Both the position numbers and the translations under genes were made by a program. DNA of 64,000 nucleotides from Longimicrobiales bacterium (GTDB lineage: Bacteria; Gemmatimonadota; Gemmatimonadetes; Longimicrobiales; Gaopeijiaceae), in contig OZ241892.1 of assembly GCA_965203485.1 (NCBI GenBank), positions 640,001 through 704,000 of the forward strand, given 5' to 3'. Positions 49,279 to 58,380 of this stretch are shown here, piece by piece. Position 1 is the stretch's first letter, and each line of letters opens with the position of its first letter. The notes beneath the pieces were generated by a model that saw only the letters and a program-made list of their open reading frames with translations, had not been told where the DNA came from and did no database searches.

Positions 49279-50007
49279 TCACGCGCGCACTCCCGACCTC
49301 GAGATGAGTTCGGCCGCGTACCCTTCGGCCCGGTCGCACAGCTGCTCCGCCGCGGCCTCGGCGACGACTTGGCCGTCGCGCATGACCGCCACGCGCGTGG
49401 CGACTCGAAGCGCCTCGGCGATGTCGTGAGTGACGAGGACGCAAGTCACGCCGGAACTGCGGCGCACTTCGGCCAGCGCCTCCTGGGCTTCGAAGCGGGT
49501 GATGGCGTCCAGCGCGCCGAACGGCTCGTCCATCAGCAGGATGTCGGGGTCGGCTGCAATCGCCCTCGCGATCGCCACGCGCTGGCGCTGCCCTCCCGAC
49601 AATTCGCGCGGGTACCGGTCGGCGAATTCCTCCGGGTCCAGTCCGAGCCGGGACAGCGCGGCCCGACCGCGCTCGTCGGCGTCCGGCCGGGACTGGAGGC
49701 GCGGGACGAGGCTCGCGTTGGTCAGGCAAGTCCAGTGCGGGATCAGGCCGCTGTCCTGCTGCACGTATCCGATGGAGCGGCGCAACGCGACCTGGTCGAG
49801 CGACGCCACGAAGTCGCCCCGAACGAACACCGACCCGTCGTCCAGGCGCGTGAGGCCGTTGACGGCGCGCAGCAAGGTGGTCTTGCCCGACCCGCTCTCG
49901 CCGACCAAAGCCAGGCAGGCGCCCGCCTCGACGGAGATGCTCACGTCGTCCAGCGCTACCGTCGCGCCGTACTGCTTTCGGGCGCGCTTCACGCGGATCG
50001 GGGTCAC
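49279..50007 (-). CDS. Osmoprotectant ABC transporter ATP-binding subunit
   Basis: GESGSGKTT, LRRSIGYVQQ..GLIPHW, LSGGQRQR, MDEPFGALD. Confidence 0.9.
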   Translation of the reverse strand: MTPIRVKRARKQYGATVALDDVSISVEAGACLALVGESGSGKTTLLRAVNGLTRLDDGSVFVRGDFVASLDQVALRRSIGYVQQDSGLIPHWTCLTNASLVPRLQSRPDADERGRAALSRLGLDPEEFADRYPRELSGGQRQRVAIARAIAADPDILLMDEPFGALDAITRFEAQEALAEVRRSSGVTCVLVTHDIAEALRVATRVAVMRDGQVVAEAAAEQLCDRAEGYAAELISRSGVRA

Positions 50008-51059
50008 GAACTGCCCTTGCCCAGCGCCTCCACCAGCGCCTCCGGGTCGATGTTGCCCCCGGAAACCACGGCCACCGCCGTCTCGCCCGGAGCCAGCGGA
50101 ATCTTCCCGAACATCAGCGCCGCCACCGCCGCGGCGCCCGAAGGCTCTGCCACGAGCTTGGCCCGCGCCAGCAAGAGCCGAAGCGCAGACAGAATCTCCT
50201 TGTCCGAAACCAGCACCACGTCCTCCGCGAACGCCGCAACATACCTGTAGCAGAGTTCTCCCGCCATCGGCGGCGCCAAGCCGTCGGCCACGGTGCGGAC
50301 GCTCTCGAGGCGCGCGGGCTTCCCCGCGTTGAGGCTCCTGCGCATCGACGGCGCCCCCTCGGGCTCCACGCCGAACACCCGGATCCCCCTTTTCGTGCCG
50401 CCGCCGATGCGCCCCCGCGCCGCCAGGGCCCCCGCGATTCCCGCGATCTGCCCGCCGCCTCCCACCGGCACGACGACGGCCGCCGCCGCCGCCAAGTCTT
50501 CGTCCAGCTCCAATCCCACGGCGCCGTGCCCCTCGATCACGCGCTCCGAATCGAAGGGATGCAGGAACACGAGGCCCTCCGAGCCGGCCCGCCGCTCGGC
50601 CTCGAGGAAGGCGTCCGCAGCGGACCCGTGGAAGGCCACCTCGGCGCCGTACCCGGCCGCCGCGGCCGCCTTGGACCGCGATGCGCCCTCGGGCATCACG
50701 ACGACCGCCCGGGCTGCGAAGCGGCGCGCGGCCCAGGCCACCGCCTGCGCATGGTTGCCCGCGGACACCGTCACGACGCCGCGCGCCCGCTGGGCGTCGC
50801 TCAGCGAAGCTACCGCGTTCAGCGCCCCGCGCACCTTGAACGACCCCGTCTTCTGCAAGTTCTCGCACTTCAGCAGCGCCCTCCCTCCCGCTCGCTCGCC
50901 CAACGCGCGGAACGAAAGCAGCGGCGTGCGGTGAAGCGCCGGCGCGGTGCGCCGGCGCGCGGCCTCGAAGTCCTCGCGCGCCAGCCAGCGCTTGGCCGCG
51001 CCGCCCGAGGCGCTTGGCGGGATCGTTGCTGGCGGAAGCGGTGCGCCGCTGGGGGACAT
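50004..51059 (-). CDS. Threonine/serine dehydratase (serine racemase-like), PLP fold II, no ACT domain
   Basis: LKCENLQKTGSFKVRGA, SAGNHAQ, VPVGGGG, EPSGAA, SGGNID. Confidence 0.9.
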   Translation of the reverse strand: MSPSGAPLPPATIPPSASGGAAKRWLAREDFEAARRRTAPALHRTPLLSFRALGERAGGRALLKCENLQKTGSFKVRGALNAVASLSDAQRARGVVTVSAGNHAQAVAWAARRFAARAVVVMPEGASRSKAAAAAGYGAEVAFHGSAADAFLEAERRAGSEGLVFLHPFDSERVIEGHGAVGLELDEDLAAAAAVVVPVGGGGQIAGIAGALAARGRIGGGTKRGIRVFGVEPEGAPSMRRSLNAGKPARLESVRTVADGLAPPMAGELCYRYVAAFAEDVVLVSDKEILSALRLLLARAKLVAEPSGAAAVAALMFGKIPLAPGETAVAVVSGGNIDPEALVEALGKGSS

Positions 51060-51147
51060 CGTTCGGGGTCGTTGGCGGGTTGGCGGCCCGTTGGGCGAGT
51101 CGGCGCGGCGTGGCGGGCATCGTCTCGGCGCCTTGCCGGGCGCAGCA

Positions 51148-51186
51148 TTGACCTTGTTGTTGGACTCGGCGATTATTGTATCCAAT
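51148..51186 (+). promoter_or_regulatory. Putative promoter with overlapping GntR/FadR-type palindrome
   Basis: TTGACC at 51148; near-palindrome ATTGTATCCAAT at 51175-51186 in an AT-rich patch. Confidence 0.4.
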
Positions 51187-51280
51187 GTCATGCCGGCGCG
51201 CCTCGGCGCGCGTCCATGCCGGTACCGGCGCCGAATCTTCCCGGAACCAAGCGCGTTCCCAACCCCACGAGGACCAATTC

Positions 51281-54013
51281 ATGAGAGTCGCCTCGCGTCC
51301 CGTTGCAATCCTGGCCGCGGTTCTTGGACTGGCCGCCTTCACGACTCGTTCCGCCGCGCAGACGGGCTCCATCTCGGGTCGGGTGACGGATACGCAGACC
51401 GGCAGGCCGCTCGGGGGCGTCTCGGTTTCGATCGCGGGCGTCGAGGGAGGGGCGGCCACGGACAGCGACGGGCGCTTCACGCTTTCCGCGGAGCCGGGAT
51501 CGGTCTCGCTGGTGTTCGCGTCGATCGGCTACGAGTCGCAACGCGTCGACGGCGTTCGGGTGGTTGCGGCGACGAGCGCCGAAGTGGACGTGGCGTTGGT
51601 GCCGGTGGAGCTGATGCTGAACCCTGTGGTCGTCACGGCGTCGCGTCGCGAGGAGAGAGCCCTGAGCGCTCCCGCGTCCGTTTCCATGGTGTCGGCCGAG
51701 GATGTCGCGCGGGTGGTCGCGCCGGGGCCGGGCGAGCATCTCAAGGCATTGCCGGGGATCGACGTCGCGCAGACGGGCCTGGTCCAAATGAACGTGGTGG
51801 CGCGCGGCTTCAACAACGTCTTCTCGGGCACGCTGCTGACGCTGGTCGACCACCGCTACGCGCGGGTGCCGTCGCTTCGGCTCAACTCGTACACCATGTT
51901 GCCGACCACGGACCTGGACATCGACCGGATCGAAGTGTCGCTGGGGCCCGGCGCGGCCCTCTACGGTCCGAACACCACGTCCGGCGTGATGCACATGATC
52001 ACCGCATCTCCGATCGACCGGCCCGGCACCTCCGTGTCGCTGGCCGGGGGCGAGCGGTCGGTGTTTCAGAGCCAATTTCGCACATCGCACGCGCTGTCCG
52101 ACCAGTTCGGCTTCAAGGTGTCGGGCGAGTACTTCCGGGGCAACGACTTCGAGTACGTCGATCCGCTGGAAGCCGTCGACGGGCAGCCCGTCGGCCGCGA
52201 CAACCGCCAGGAGCGCTATTCGGGAGACGCTCGGGTCGACTATCGCTTCGGCGGCGACGGGTCGCTGGTGCTCGCGGGCGGCGTGAGTTCGGCCAGCCAA
52301 GTCGAGATGACGGGGGTCGGCGCCGCGCAAGCCGTAGGCTGGGGCTACCAGTACGCGCAGGCCCGGCTGTCGAAGGGCCGTCTCTTTGCGCAGGCGTTCC
52401 TCAACAGCACCGATTCGGGCGAAGGCACCTACTTGTTGCGCACCTGCACGTTGCGCCCGCGGGGGCCGGGCGAGCGCTCCGTCGACATCGGGGGCGGCAG
52501 GACCTGCGACGGCGTCGTGGACCAGTCGCGCTCCATTGCCCTGCAGTTCCAGTACGGCTTCGACCTGGGCGACTGGCTGGACCTGACCTACGGGGTGGAC
52601 TGGAACGCCGTTCAGCCGCGCACGGGCGGCACCATCACGGGCCGCAACGAGGACGACGACAACATCACCGAGATCGGCGCCTACGTGCACACGGAAACTG
52701 CGCTGGGCGACAACTTCGACTTGGTGACGGCCGTCCGGGTGGACGATCACAGCCGCTTGACCAACCCCAACGTTTCTCCCAGGGCGGCGCTCGTCTTCAA
52801 GCCCTCCCCCGACCACAACATGAGGGCGACGTTCAACCGCGCCTTCGCGACGCCGACGACGAACAACCTGTTCCTCGACATCGTCGGAGGGCGCATACCG
52901 GTGTTCGGCAACGTCGGATACGACATTCGCGGCTTGGGAGTGCCTGCGAGCGGGTTCACGTTTTCGGATCGTTGCGACGGCGGCGTCAGGTCGCTGTGCA
53001 TGCGCTCGCCTTTCGCGCCGGGCATGCGGTTGCCGGCGAACGCCTTGCTCACTTGGCCCACCGTGCTTCAGGCGTTGCAGGCGCTCGCCCCGGACTTGAG
53101 CGCCGTGGTGCCCCTCCTGGAGAATCCGGGCGCCCGCCCGGGCGACCCGCAACTGGGCACCGTCTTCCGTCGGCTGGACTTGAACGCGGCGTCGGCCGCG
53201 GAAGCGTTCCCCGTGGACAATGCGGCCCTGCTGGACATCGCCAGCTTGGAGTCGACGATCTACAACACGTTCGAGGTGGGCTACAAGGGCTTGATCAAGG
53301 ACCGCGTCCTGCTTGCCGTGGACGCGTACTTCGCCGACGTCGAGAATTTCGTCGGACCGCTTCGCGTGGAGACTCCGAGCGTCTTCTTCGACCCCGCCAG
53401 CTTGCAGGCATTCGTCACCGCGAGGCTGGGGCCGCTCGTTCAGGCCGGCAGATTGCCCGCGGCCGCGATAGAGCAGATCGTCCGACAGGTCGCGGCAGTG
53501 CCGTTGGGCACGGTCGTCCCCGACCAGGTGGACTCGTCCGACATCATGATCAGCTACAGGAATTTCGGGCGCATCGAATACTGGGGCGCGGACTTGGCCG
53601 CCCAGGTGCGGCTGACCAACAGGCTGCGTCTCAGCACCAACTATTCGTATCAGAGCGACGAGTGCTTCGACTTCAACGACGACGGGAACTGCCGCAGCAC
53701 CGAGGACGTCGCGCTGAACGCGCCCAACCACAAGGGATCGGTCGGCATGATCTACGACGACCAGGTGGGCGGCCTGTCCGCGAGCGGGCGCGTGCGCATG
53801 AGCGGCGCGTTTCCCATGAACTCGGGCGTCTACGTGGGCGACGTCGAGGGCTTCGGGGTCGTGGACGCGTCCGTCAGCTATCGTCTGCCCTTCCAGCGCA
53901 ACGCGACCGTGTCGTTCACCGCGAACAACCTGCTCAACAACCTTCACCAGGAGTTCGTGGGCGCACCCGAGTTGGGCCGTCTGTTGCTGGCGCGCATCAA
54001 GTACGACTTCTGA
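51281..54013 (+). CDS. TonB-dependent outer-membrane receptor with N-terminal carboxypeptidase-regulatory-like domain
   Basis: VVVTASRR, plug IDRIEVSLGPGAALYGPN, NNLLN, C-terminal IKYDF. Confidence 0.93.
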   Translation: MRVASRPVAILAAVLGLAAFTTRSAAQTGSISGRVTDTQTGRPLGGVSVSIAGVEGGAATDSDGRFTLSAEPGSVSLVFASIGYESQRVDGVRVVAATSAEVDVALVPVELMLNPVVVTASRREERALSAPASVSMVSAEDVARVVAPGPGEHLKALPGIDVAQTGLVQMNVVARGFNNVFSGTLLTLVDHRYARVPSLRLNSYTMLPTTDLDIDRIEVSLGPGAALYGPNTTSGVMHMITASPIDRPGTSVSLAGGERSVFQSQFRTSHALSDQFGFKVSGEYFRGNDFEYVDPLEAVDGQPVGRDNRQERYSGDARVDYRFGGDGSLVLAGGVSSASQVEMTGVGAAQAVGWGYQYAQARLSKGRLFAQAFLNSTDSGEGTYLLRTCTLRPRGPGERSVDIGGGRTCDGVVDQSRSIALQFQYGFDLGDWLDLTYGVDWNAVQPRTGGTITGRNEDDDNITEIGAYVHTETALGDNFDLVTAVRVDDHSRLTNPNVSPRAALVFKPSPDHNMRATFNRAFATPTTNNLFLDIVGGRIPVFGNVGYDIRGLGVPASGFTFSDRCDGGVRSLCMRSPFAPGMRLPANALLTWPTVLQALQALAPDLSAVVPLLENPGARPGDPQLGTVFRRLDLNAASAAEAFPVDNAALLDIASLESTIYNTFEVGYKGLIKDRVLLAVDAYFADVENFVGPLRVETPSVFFDPASLQAFVTARLGPLVQAGRLPAAAIEQIVRQVAAVPLGTVVPDQVDSSDIMISYRNFGRIEYWGADLAAQVRLTNRLRLSTNYSYQSDECFDFNDDGNCRSTEDVALNAPNHKGSVGMIYDDQVGGLSASGRVRMSGAFPMNSGVYVGDVEGFGVVDASVSYRLPFQRNATVSFTANNLLNNLHQEFVGAPELGRLLLARIKYDF

Positions 54014-54054
54014 GGCTCGAAGGCACGGCTGGGCGCCAAGTCTCGGAACGCGGC

Positions 54055-55317
54055 ATGAAGATCGTGCTGGGGTACTCGGGCGGGCTCGACACTTCCGTCA
54101 TCGTGCCGTGGTTGCGCGAGCAGTACGGCGCCGACGTGGTGTGCATGGCGGCCGACGTCGGACAGCGCCAAGGCGTGGAGCGCTTGGCCGGCAAGGCTTT
54201 CGCGACCGGGGCGTCGGCGTTCTTCGGCGAAGATCTGCGCGAGGAATTCGTGTCGGGCTACATCTTCCCCGTGGTGCGCGCCGGAGCGGTCTACAGCCGC
54301 AAGTACCTGCTGGGCACCGCGATGGCGCGCCCGCTGATTGCGCGCAGGATGGTCGAGGTGGCGGCGGAGACCGGCGCGGCGGCGGTGGCGCACGGCTGCA
54401 CGGGCAAGGGCAACGACCAGTTGCGCTTCGAACTCTCGTTCGCGGCCCTCGCGCCCCAGCTCAAGGTGGTGGCCCCGTGGCGCGAATGGGAGATCGAGTC
54501 CAGGGAAGACGCGCTCGCCTACGCCCGCGCCAGGGCCATCGAGCTGGACGTGGACGAAGAGAAGCTCTATTCGCGGGACGAGAACCTGTGGCACCTCAGC
54601 CACGAGGGCGGACCCTTGGAAGACCCGGCCAACGCTCCCGAGCCCGGCGTCTTTCTGTGGACCTGCGACCCCGCGAGCGCGCCGGACGAGCCTCGCGACG
54701 TTGCGCTCGCGTTCGAGAGCGGAATTCCGGTCGCCGTGGACGGCGCGGAGCTGGCGCCGTTGCCGTTGTTGCAGGAACTCAACCGGCTGGGCGCGAAGCA
54801 CGCGGTGGGCCGGGCCGACGTGATCGAGGACCGCGTGGTCGGGATCAAGAGCCGGGGAGTGTACGAGACGCCGGGCGGCGCCATCCTGCTGGCCGCGTTG
54901 CAGGAGCTCGAGCAGCTCGTCTTGTCGCGCCGCGCGCTGGCGCTCAAGGACGACTTGGCCCCCCGCTACGCGGACGTGGTCTACGAGGGCCGCTGGTGGA
55001 CGCCCGAGCGCCGGGCCATGGACGCGCTGGTGGACGAGCTGATGGGGCCGGTGTCCGGCGAAGTGCGCCTGCGGCTCTTCAAGGGCAGTGCCGCCGTCCT
55101 GGCGCGCTCCAGCCCCATGTCGCTCTACGACTTGGACTTGGCGTCGTTCAGCGCCTCGGAGGGCTACGCTCACTCGGACTCGTCGGGCTTCGTCAAGCTG
55201 TTCGGGTTGCCGTTGCGCGCCGTGGCGGCGCAGCAAGGGCAGGGCGGCGGCGAGACGCCGGGCGGTGCTCCGGAACGCAACGTGGGGTCGGCCGAGACCG
55301 TCGCCGCCGCCGGTTGA
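54055..55317 (+). CDS. argG: Argininosuccinate synthase
   Basis: YSGGLDTS, HGCTGKGNDQ, SRDENLWH, KSRGVYETPG. Confidence 0.97.
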   Translation: MKIVLGYSGGLDTSVIVPWLREQYGADVVCMAADVGQRQGVERLAGKAFATGASAFFGEDLREEFVSGYIFPVVRAGAVYSRKYLLGTAMARPLIARRMVEVAAETGAAAVAHGCTGKGNDQLRFELSFAALAPQLKVVAPWREWEIESREDALAYARARAIELDVDEEKLYSRDENLWHLSHEGGPLEDPANAPEPGVFLWTCDPASAPDEPRDVALAFESGIPVAVDGAELAPLPLLQELNRLGAKHAVGRADVIEDRVVGIKSRGVYETPGGAILLAALQELEQLVLSRRALALKDDLAPRYADVVYEGRWWTPERRAMDALVDELMGPVSGEVRLRLFKGSAAVLARSSPMSLYDLDLASFSASEGYAHSDSSGFVKLFGLPLRAVAAQQGQGGGETPGGAPERNVGSAETVAAAG

Positions 55318-56720
55318 GCGCCAACGAAGCTCCCGGCGGGGCGAGGACGCTGTGGGGGGGGGGGCTGGAAGGGGGACTCGCGCCGGCCATGGAGGCGCTG
55401 AACCGCTCGTTGGACGTGGACTGGCGCCTTTGGCCTCACGACGTGCGCGGCAGCCGGGCTTGGGTGCGGGGACTGGAGGGCGCGGGCGTGCTGTCGGCGG
55501 ACGAGGCTCGGCGGATGGACGAGGGACTCGAAGCGGTGGCCGAGCGGTTGCGCGGCCTTCCCGGTCCCGGGGGTCTGCCCGACGAGGACGTTCACTCGGT
55601 CGTGGAGCGGTTCCTCACCGAGACGGTCGGGCCGCTGGGCGGCAAGCTTCACACGGGACGCTCGCGCAACGATCAGGTGGCGACCGCGTTTCGGCTCTGG
55701 GCAAAGGACGCGATCCGGACCCTGCGGGACTTGAGCGGGCGCGCAGTCGTGGCCCTCCGCGACCGGGCGCGGGAGACGGGCGACCTGCTGATTCCCGGCT
55801 ATACGCACCTCCAGCGGGCGCAGCCCGTGCCCGTCGCGCACTGGCTCCTGTCGCGGGCGTGGCCCTTGCTGCGCGACGCGGAGGCGCTTGCGGCGGTGGA
55901 GCGCGAATGCGACGTGATGCCGCTGGGGTCCGGCGCCCTCGCTGGATGCCCGTTCGACGTGGACCGCGAGGCGCTGGCCAGGGAGCTGGGATTCGCGGCG
56001 GTCTCCGAGAATTCGGTGGACGCCGTGTCGGACCGCGACTGGGCGGCCCGTCTGCTCTTCGCGGCGGCGCTGGCCGGCGTTCATCTCTCGCAGCTGGCCG
56101 AGGACCTCGTCGTCTTCTCGAGCGCCGAGTTCGGCTTCTTGCGGCTCGGAGACGGTTTCGCGACGGGTTCGTCGCTGATGCCTCAGAAGCGCAATCCCGA
56201 CGCAGCGGAGCTCGTGCGCGGGCGATCCGGCCGGCTCGTGGGCAACCTCGCCACGCTGCTCGTGGCGCTCAAGGGCCTGCCGACGGGCTACAACCGCGAT
56301 CTCCAGGAGGACAAGGAGGCCGTCTTCGATTCCGTGGACACGCTCGCGCTCTCGTTGCGGGTCGCGGCAGGAGCCGTGGAAAGCCTTTCGTTCTCGCGCC
56401 GCAGGGCGGCGGCCGCGCTGGACGCCGAACTGCTGGCCACGGATCTCGCCGACCATCTAGTGCGCTTGGGCGTTCCCTTCCGCGAAAGCCACCATGCCGT
56501 CGCCCGCCTCGCGCGCGCCGCCCGGGCCGAAGGCAAGAGCCTCGACGCGCTGCCGCCCGAGATGGTCCGCGCCGCGCACCCCGCGTTCGCCGAAGGCGCG
56601 CTTCCGGCGCTCGGCGCGGAAGCATCGGCGGATTCTCGGGCCGTGCGCGGCGGAACCGCGGCGACGGCGGTCGCGGCTCAGTTCGAGGCCCTGGACGCCG
56701 CCCTGGACGCGCTGGCGTAG
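55314..56720 (+). CDS. argH: Argininosuccinate lyase
   Basis: LWGG, EDVH, LHTGRSRNDQ, GYTHLQRAQP, GSSLMPQKRNPD, YNRDLQEDK. Confidence 0.96.
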   Translation: MSANEAPGGARTLWGGGLEGGLAPAMEALNRSLDVDWRLWPHDVRGSRAWVRGLEGAGVLSADEARRMDEGLEAVAERLRGLPGPGGLPDEDVHSVVERFLTETVGPLGGKLHTGRSRNDQVATAFRLWAKDAIRTLRDLSGRAVVALRDRARETGDLLIPGYTHLQRAQPVPVAHWLLSRAWPLLRDAEALAAVERECDVMPLGSGALAGCPFDVDREALARELGFAAVSENSVDAVSDRDWAARLLFAAALAGVHLSQLAEDLVVFSSAEFGFLRLGDGFATGSSLMPQKRNPDAAELVRGRSGRLVGNLATLLVALKGLPTGYNRDLQEDKEAVFDSVDTLALSLRVAAGAVESLSFSRRRAAAALDAELLATDLADHLVRLGVPFRESHHAVARLARAARAEGKSLDALPPEMVRAAHPAFAEGALPALGAEASADSRAVRGGTAATAVAAQFEALDAALDALA

Positions 56721-56758
56721 GCACAGAAGGGGCCGCCAACCGGAAGAGCGTGTCGTTC

Positions 56759-56787
56759 TTGCACGGAGACGCCCTTTCCGCCATATT
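56759..56787 (+). promoter_or_regulatory. Putative sigma70 promoter of the peptide operon
   Basis: TTGCAC-N17-CATATT about 90 bp before GTG 56875. Confidence 0.45.
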
Positions 56788-56874
56788 GCGTCCATGGCCC
56801 GAGAAACGGGCCACGGCCCGGCATCCGGCCCCTGCGGACCCCTTGCTTCAACACGGAGAAGAAGAACGTACAGG

Positions 56875-57240
56875 GTGAACTGGAAGCGTTTGACCGTTGC
56901 CGCATTGGTGGCGCTCTTTGGCCTGATTCCGATGCTGACCCGAGGTACCGCAGGTGCGGTGCGACCCGCCCCAGCGAGCGACGCCGCCGAGCTTGGCCCA
57001 TCCAAGTCCGGACCTTCAATGTGCACCGGCACCGCGGGAGCCGCGTTGCTCTCTACGTCGGCGACAACTTCTGGACAAGGACTATGTGACCTGGACGAAT
57101 GCTGGGACGCCGCCGGCGAGCAGTACTTGGAGTGCGTGGAAGACAAGCGTTGGTGGGACGTGCCTGGCCATGCTAGATGCGTTGCGGCCTGGATCGCCAA
57201 GATATACATCTGTGCCTTGGCATGCGAGGAGCGGACCTAG
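56875..57240 (+). CDS. Small secreted Cys-rich peptide/precursor (121 aa)
   Basis: Signal-like MNWKRLTVAALVALFGLIPML..AGA, Ser/Thr/Gly linker, C-terminal C-x4-C-x10-C-x14-C-x10-C-x3-C. Confidence 0.7.
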   Translation: MNWKRLTVAALVALFGLIPMLTRGTAGAVRPAPASDAAELGPSKSGPSMCTGTAGAALLSTSATTSGQGLCDLDECWDAAGEQYLECVEDKRWWDVPGHARCVAAWIAKIYICALACEERT

Positions 57241-57243
57241 CGG

Positions 57244-58380
57244 GTGACTGCTTCCCCGGTGCCGCGTCCCCGCTACCCCTTCAGCGCTGTCGCAGTGTTC
57301 GGCGGCGGTGCGATCGCTTTGGCCGCTCTCGGCTGGGACTTGTTCTCCGTCGCGCGGTTTCTTTCATCCGGTGGGTTGCCCGCCGCGCCGGCCGAAGCCG
57401 ATTCCGTGTCGGCAGGGCCGCCCGCGAACGCGACGCTCTTCGATTCCGTTGCTTCGGTCGCCGCCGCCGACGTGCACGACGGCGTCTGGTTTCTGCTGGA
57501 CAAGCGCGCATCTCGAGTGCACCGCATCGCCGGCGACCGCAATCAATGGAGCGCGTTCGCGCGTTTCGGAGACGGTCCGGGCGAGTTGCGGCGGCCCACA
57601 GCGCTGGCGGTTCACGGCGACACGATCGTCGTGGCCATGCCGCGCCGCCTTCAGTTCTACTGGCCGGACGGAACCCATGTCGGCGGACGAAGGGTCGAGC
57701 CTCCCAGAATATGCCGTCACGCTCCACTTGGCGACCTGCCGGCCGAGCTGAGCGACGTCGTTTCCTCGCCGCAAGGATTGCTGTTGCTCTTCACGTGCAG
57801 GATCGGCCTGACGAGAGGCGGCGTATTCCTCGAAACAGGCGAAGCAAGCTACCGTGCAGTTGCCCAGGCCTCGGCGGACTCGGACGACGACCTGTTGGAT
57901 CCCTGGCGCAACATGTCGGTGCTTGCCGGGCATCCCTCCGGATTCGTGTTCGGTCATCCCGAGGACGACTGCATCGGCCTGTTCGGCCTTGATGGCGGAC
58001 GCCTCGATTCGTTCTGCCACACACGGCTCGGCCGGGCGCCGGTCTCCCGGGCGGTGGCGGAGCAGGTTCCAACTGAAGTCTCGGGCTCGAGCGCAAGGAT
58101 CAGGATCAGAGTCCCCGAACGATATCTTCCGTTCGATCGAGTGTTCGTCCGGTCCGACGGCGCGTTGTTCTACCGGACGCCGGCGCCTACGGCGGTCCCG
58201 GGATCCGGGGAGATCGAGATGACCTTTCGCCTAGCCGAGTACGACGGAGCCGACTGGACGACGACGCAGATTCCTTCGGCTGCCGGCATGTTCGTATCGG
58301 ACTCGGCCGTTCTGGCGGCCTGGGAGGACGTGCACGGCACGCTGATCGCCTTCTACTCGCTGGACGGCCGCGAAGGGTAA
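57244..58380 (+). CDS. Membrane-anchored 6-bladed beta-propeller-like (NHL/TolB-like) protein
   Basis: N-terminal TM, LLDKRASRVH, GDGPGELRRPTAL, GDTIVV. Confidence 0.65.
   Translation: MTASPVPRPRYPFSAVAVFGGGAIALAALGWDLFSVARFLSSGGLPAAPAEADSVSAGPPANATLFDSVASVAAADVHDGVWFLLDKRASRVHRIAGDRNQWSAFARFGDGPGELRRPTALAVHGDTIVVAMPRRLQFYWPDGTHVGGRRVEPPRICRHAPLGDLPAELSDVVSSPQGLLLLFTCRIGLTRGGVFLETGEASYRAVAQASADSDDDLLDPWRNMSVLAGHPSGFVFGHPEDDCIGLFGLDGGRLDSFCHTRLGRAPVSRAVAEQVPTEVSGSSARIRIRVPERYLPFDRVFVRSDGALFYRTPAPTAVPGSGEIEMTFRLAEYDGADWTTTQIPSAAGMFVSDSAVLAAWEDVHGTLIAFYSLDGREG

Noticed and set aside
51060..51280. Cobalamin or TPP riboswitch upstream of the TonB receptor
   Set aside because: No conserved riboswitch motifs were found, and the leader after the putative promoter is short.
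50947..55317. 1456-aa ORF suggesting a giant ArgG fusion
   Set aside because: The N-terminal part is an alternate frame of the TonB receptor gene; ArgG starts at 54055.
56711..56721. Inverted similarity between argH end (GCTGGCGTAGG) and aroF end as island boundary repeats
   Set aside because: Too short, and explained by both genes ending in GCG TAG.
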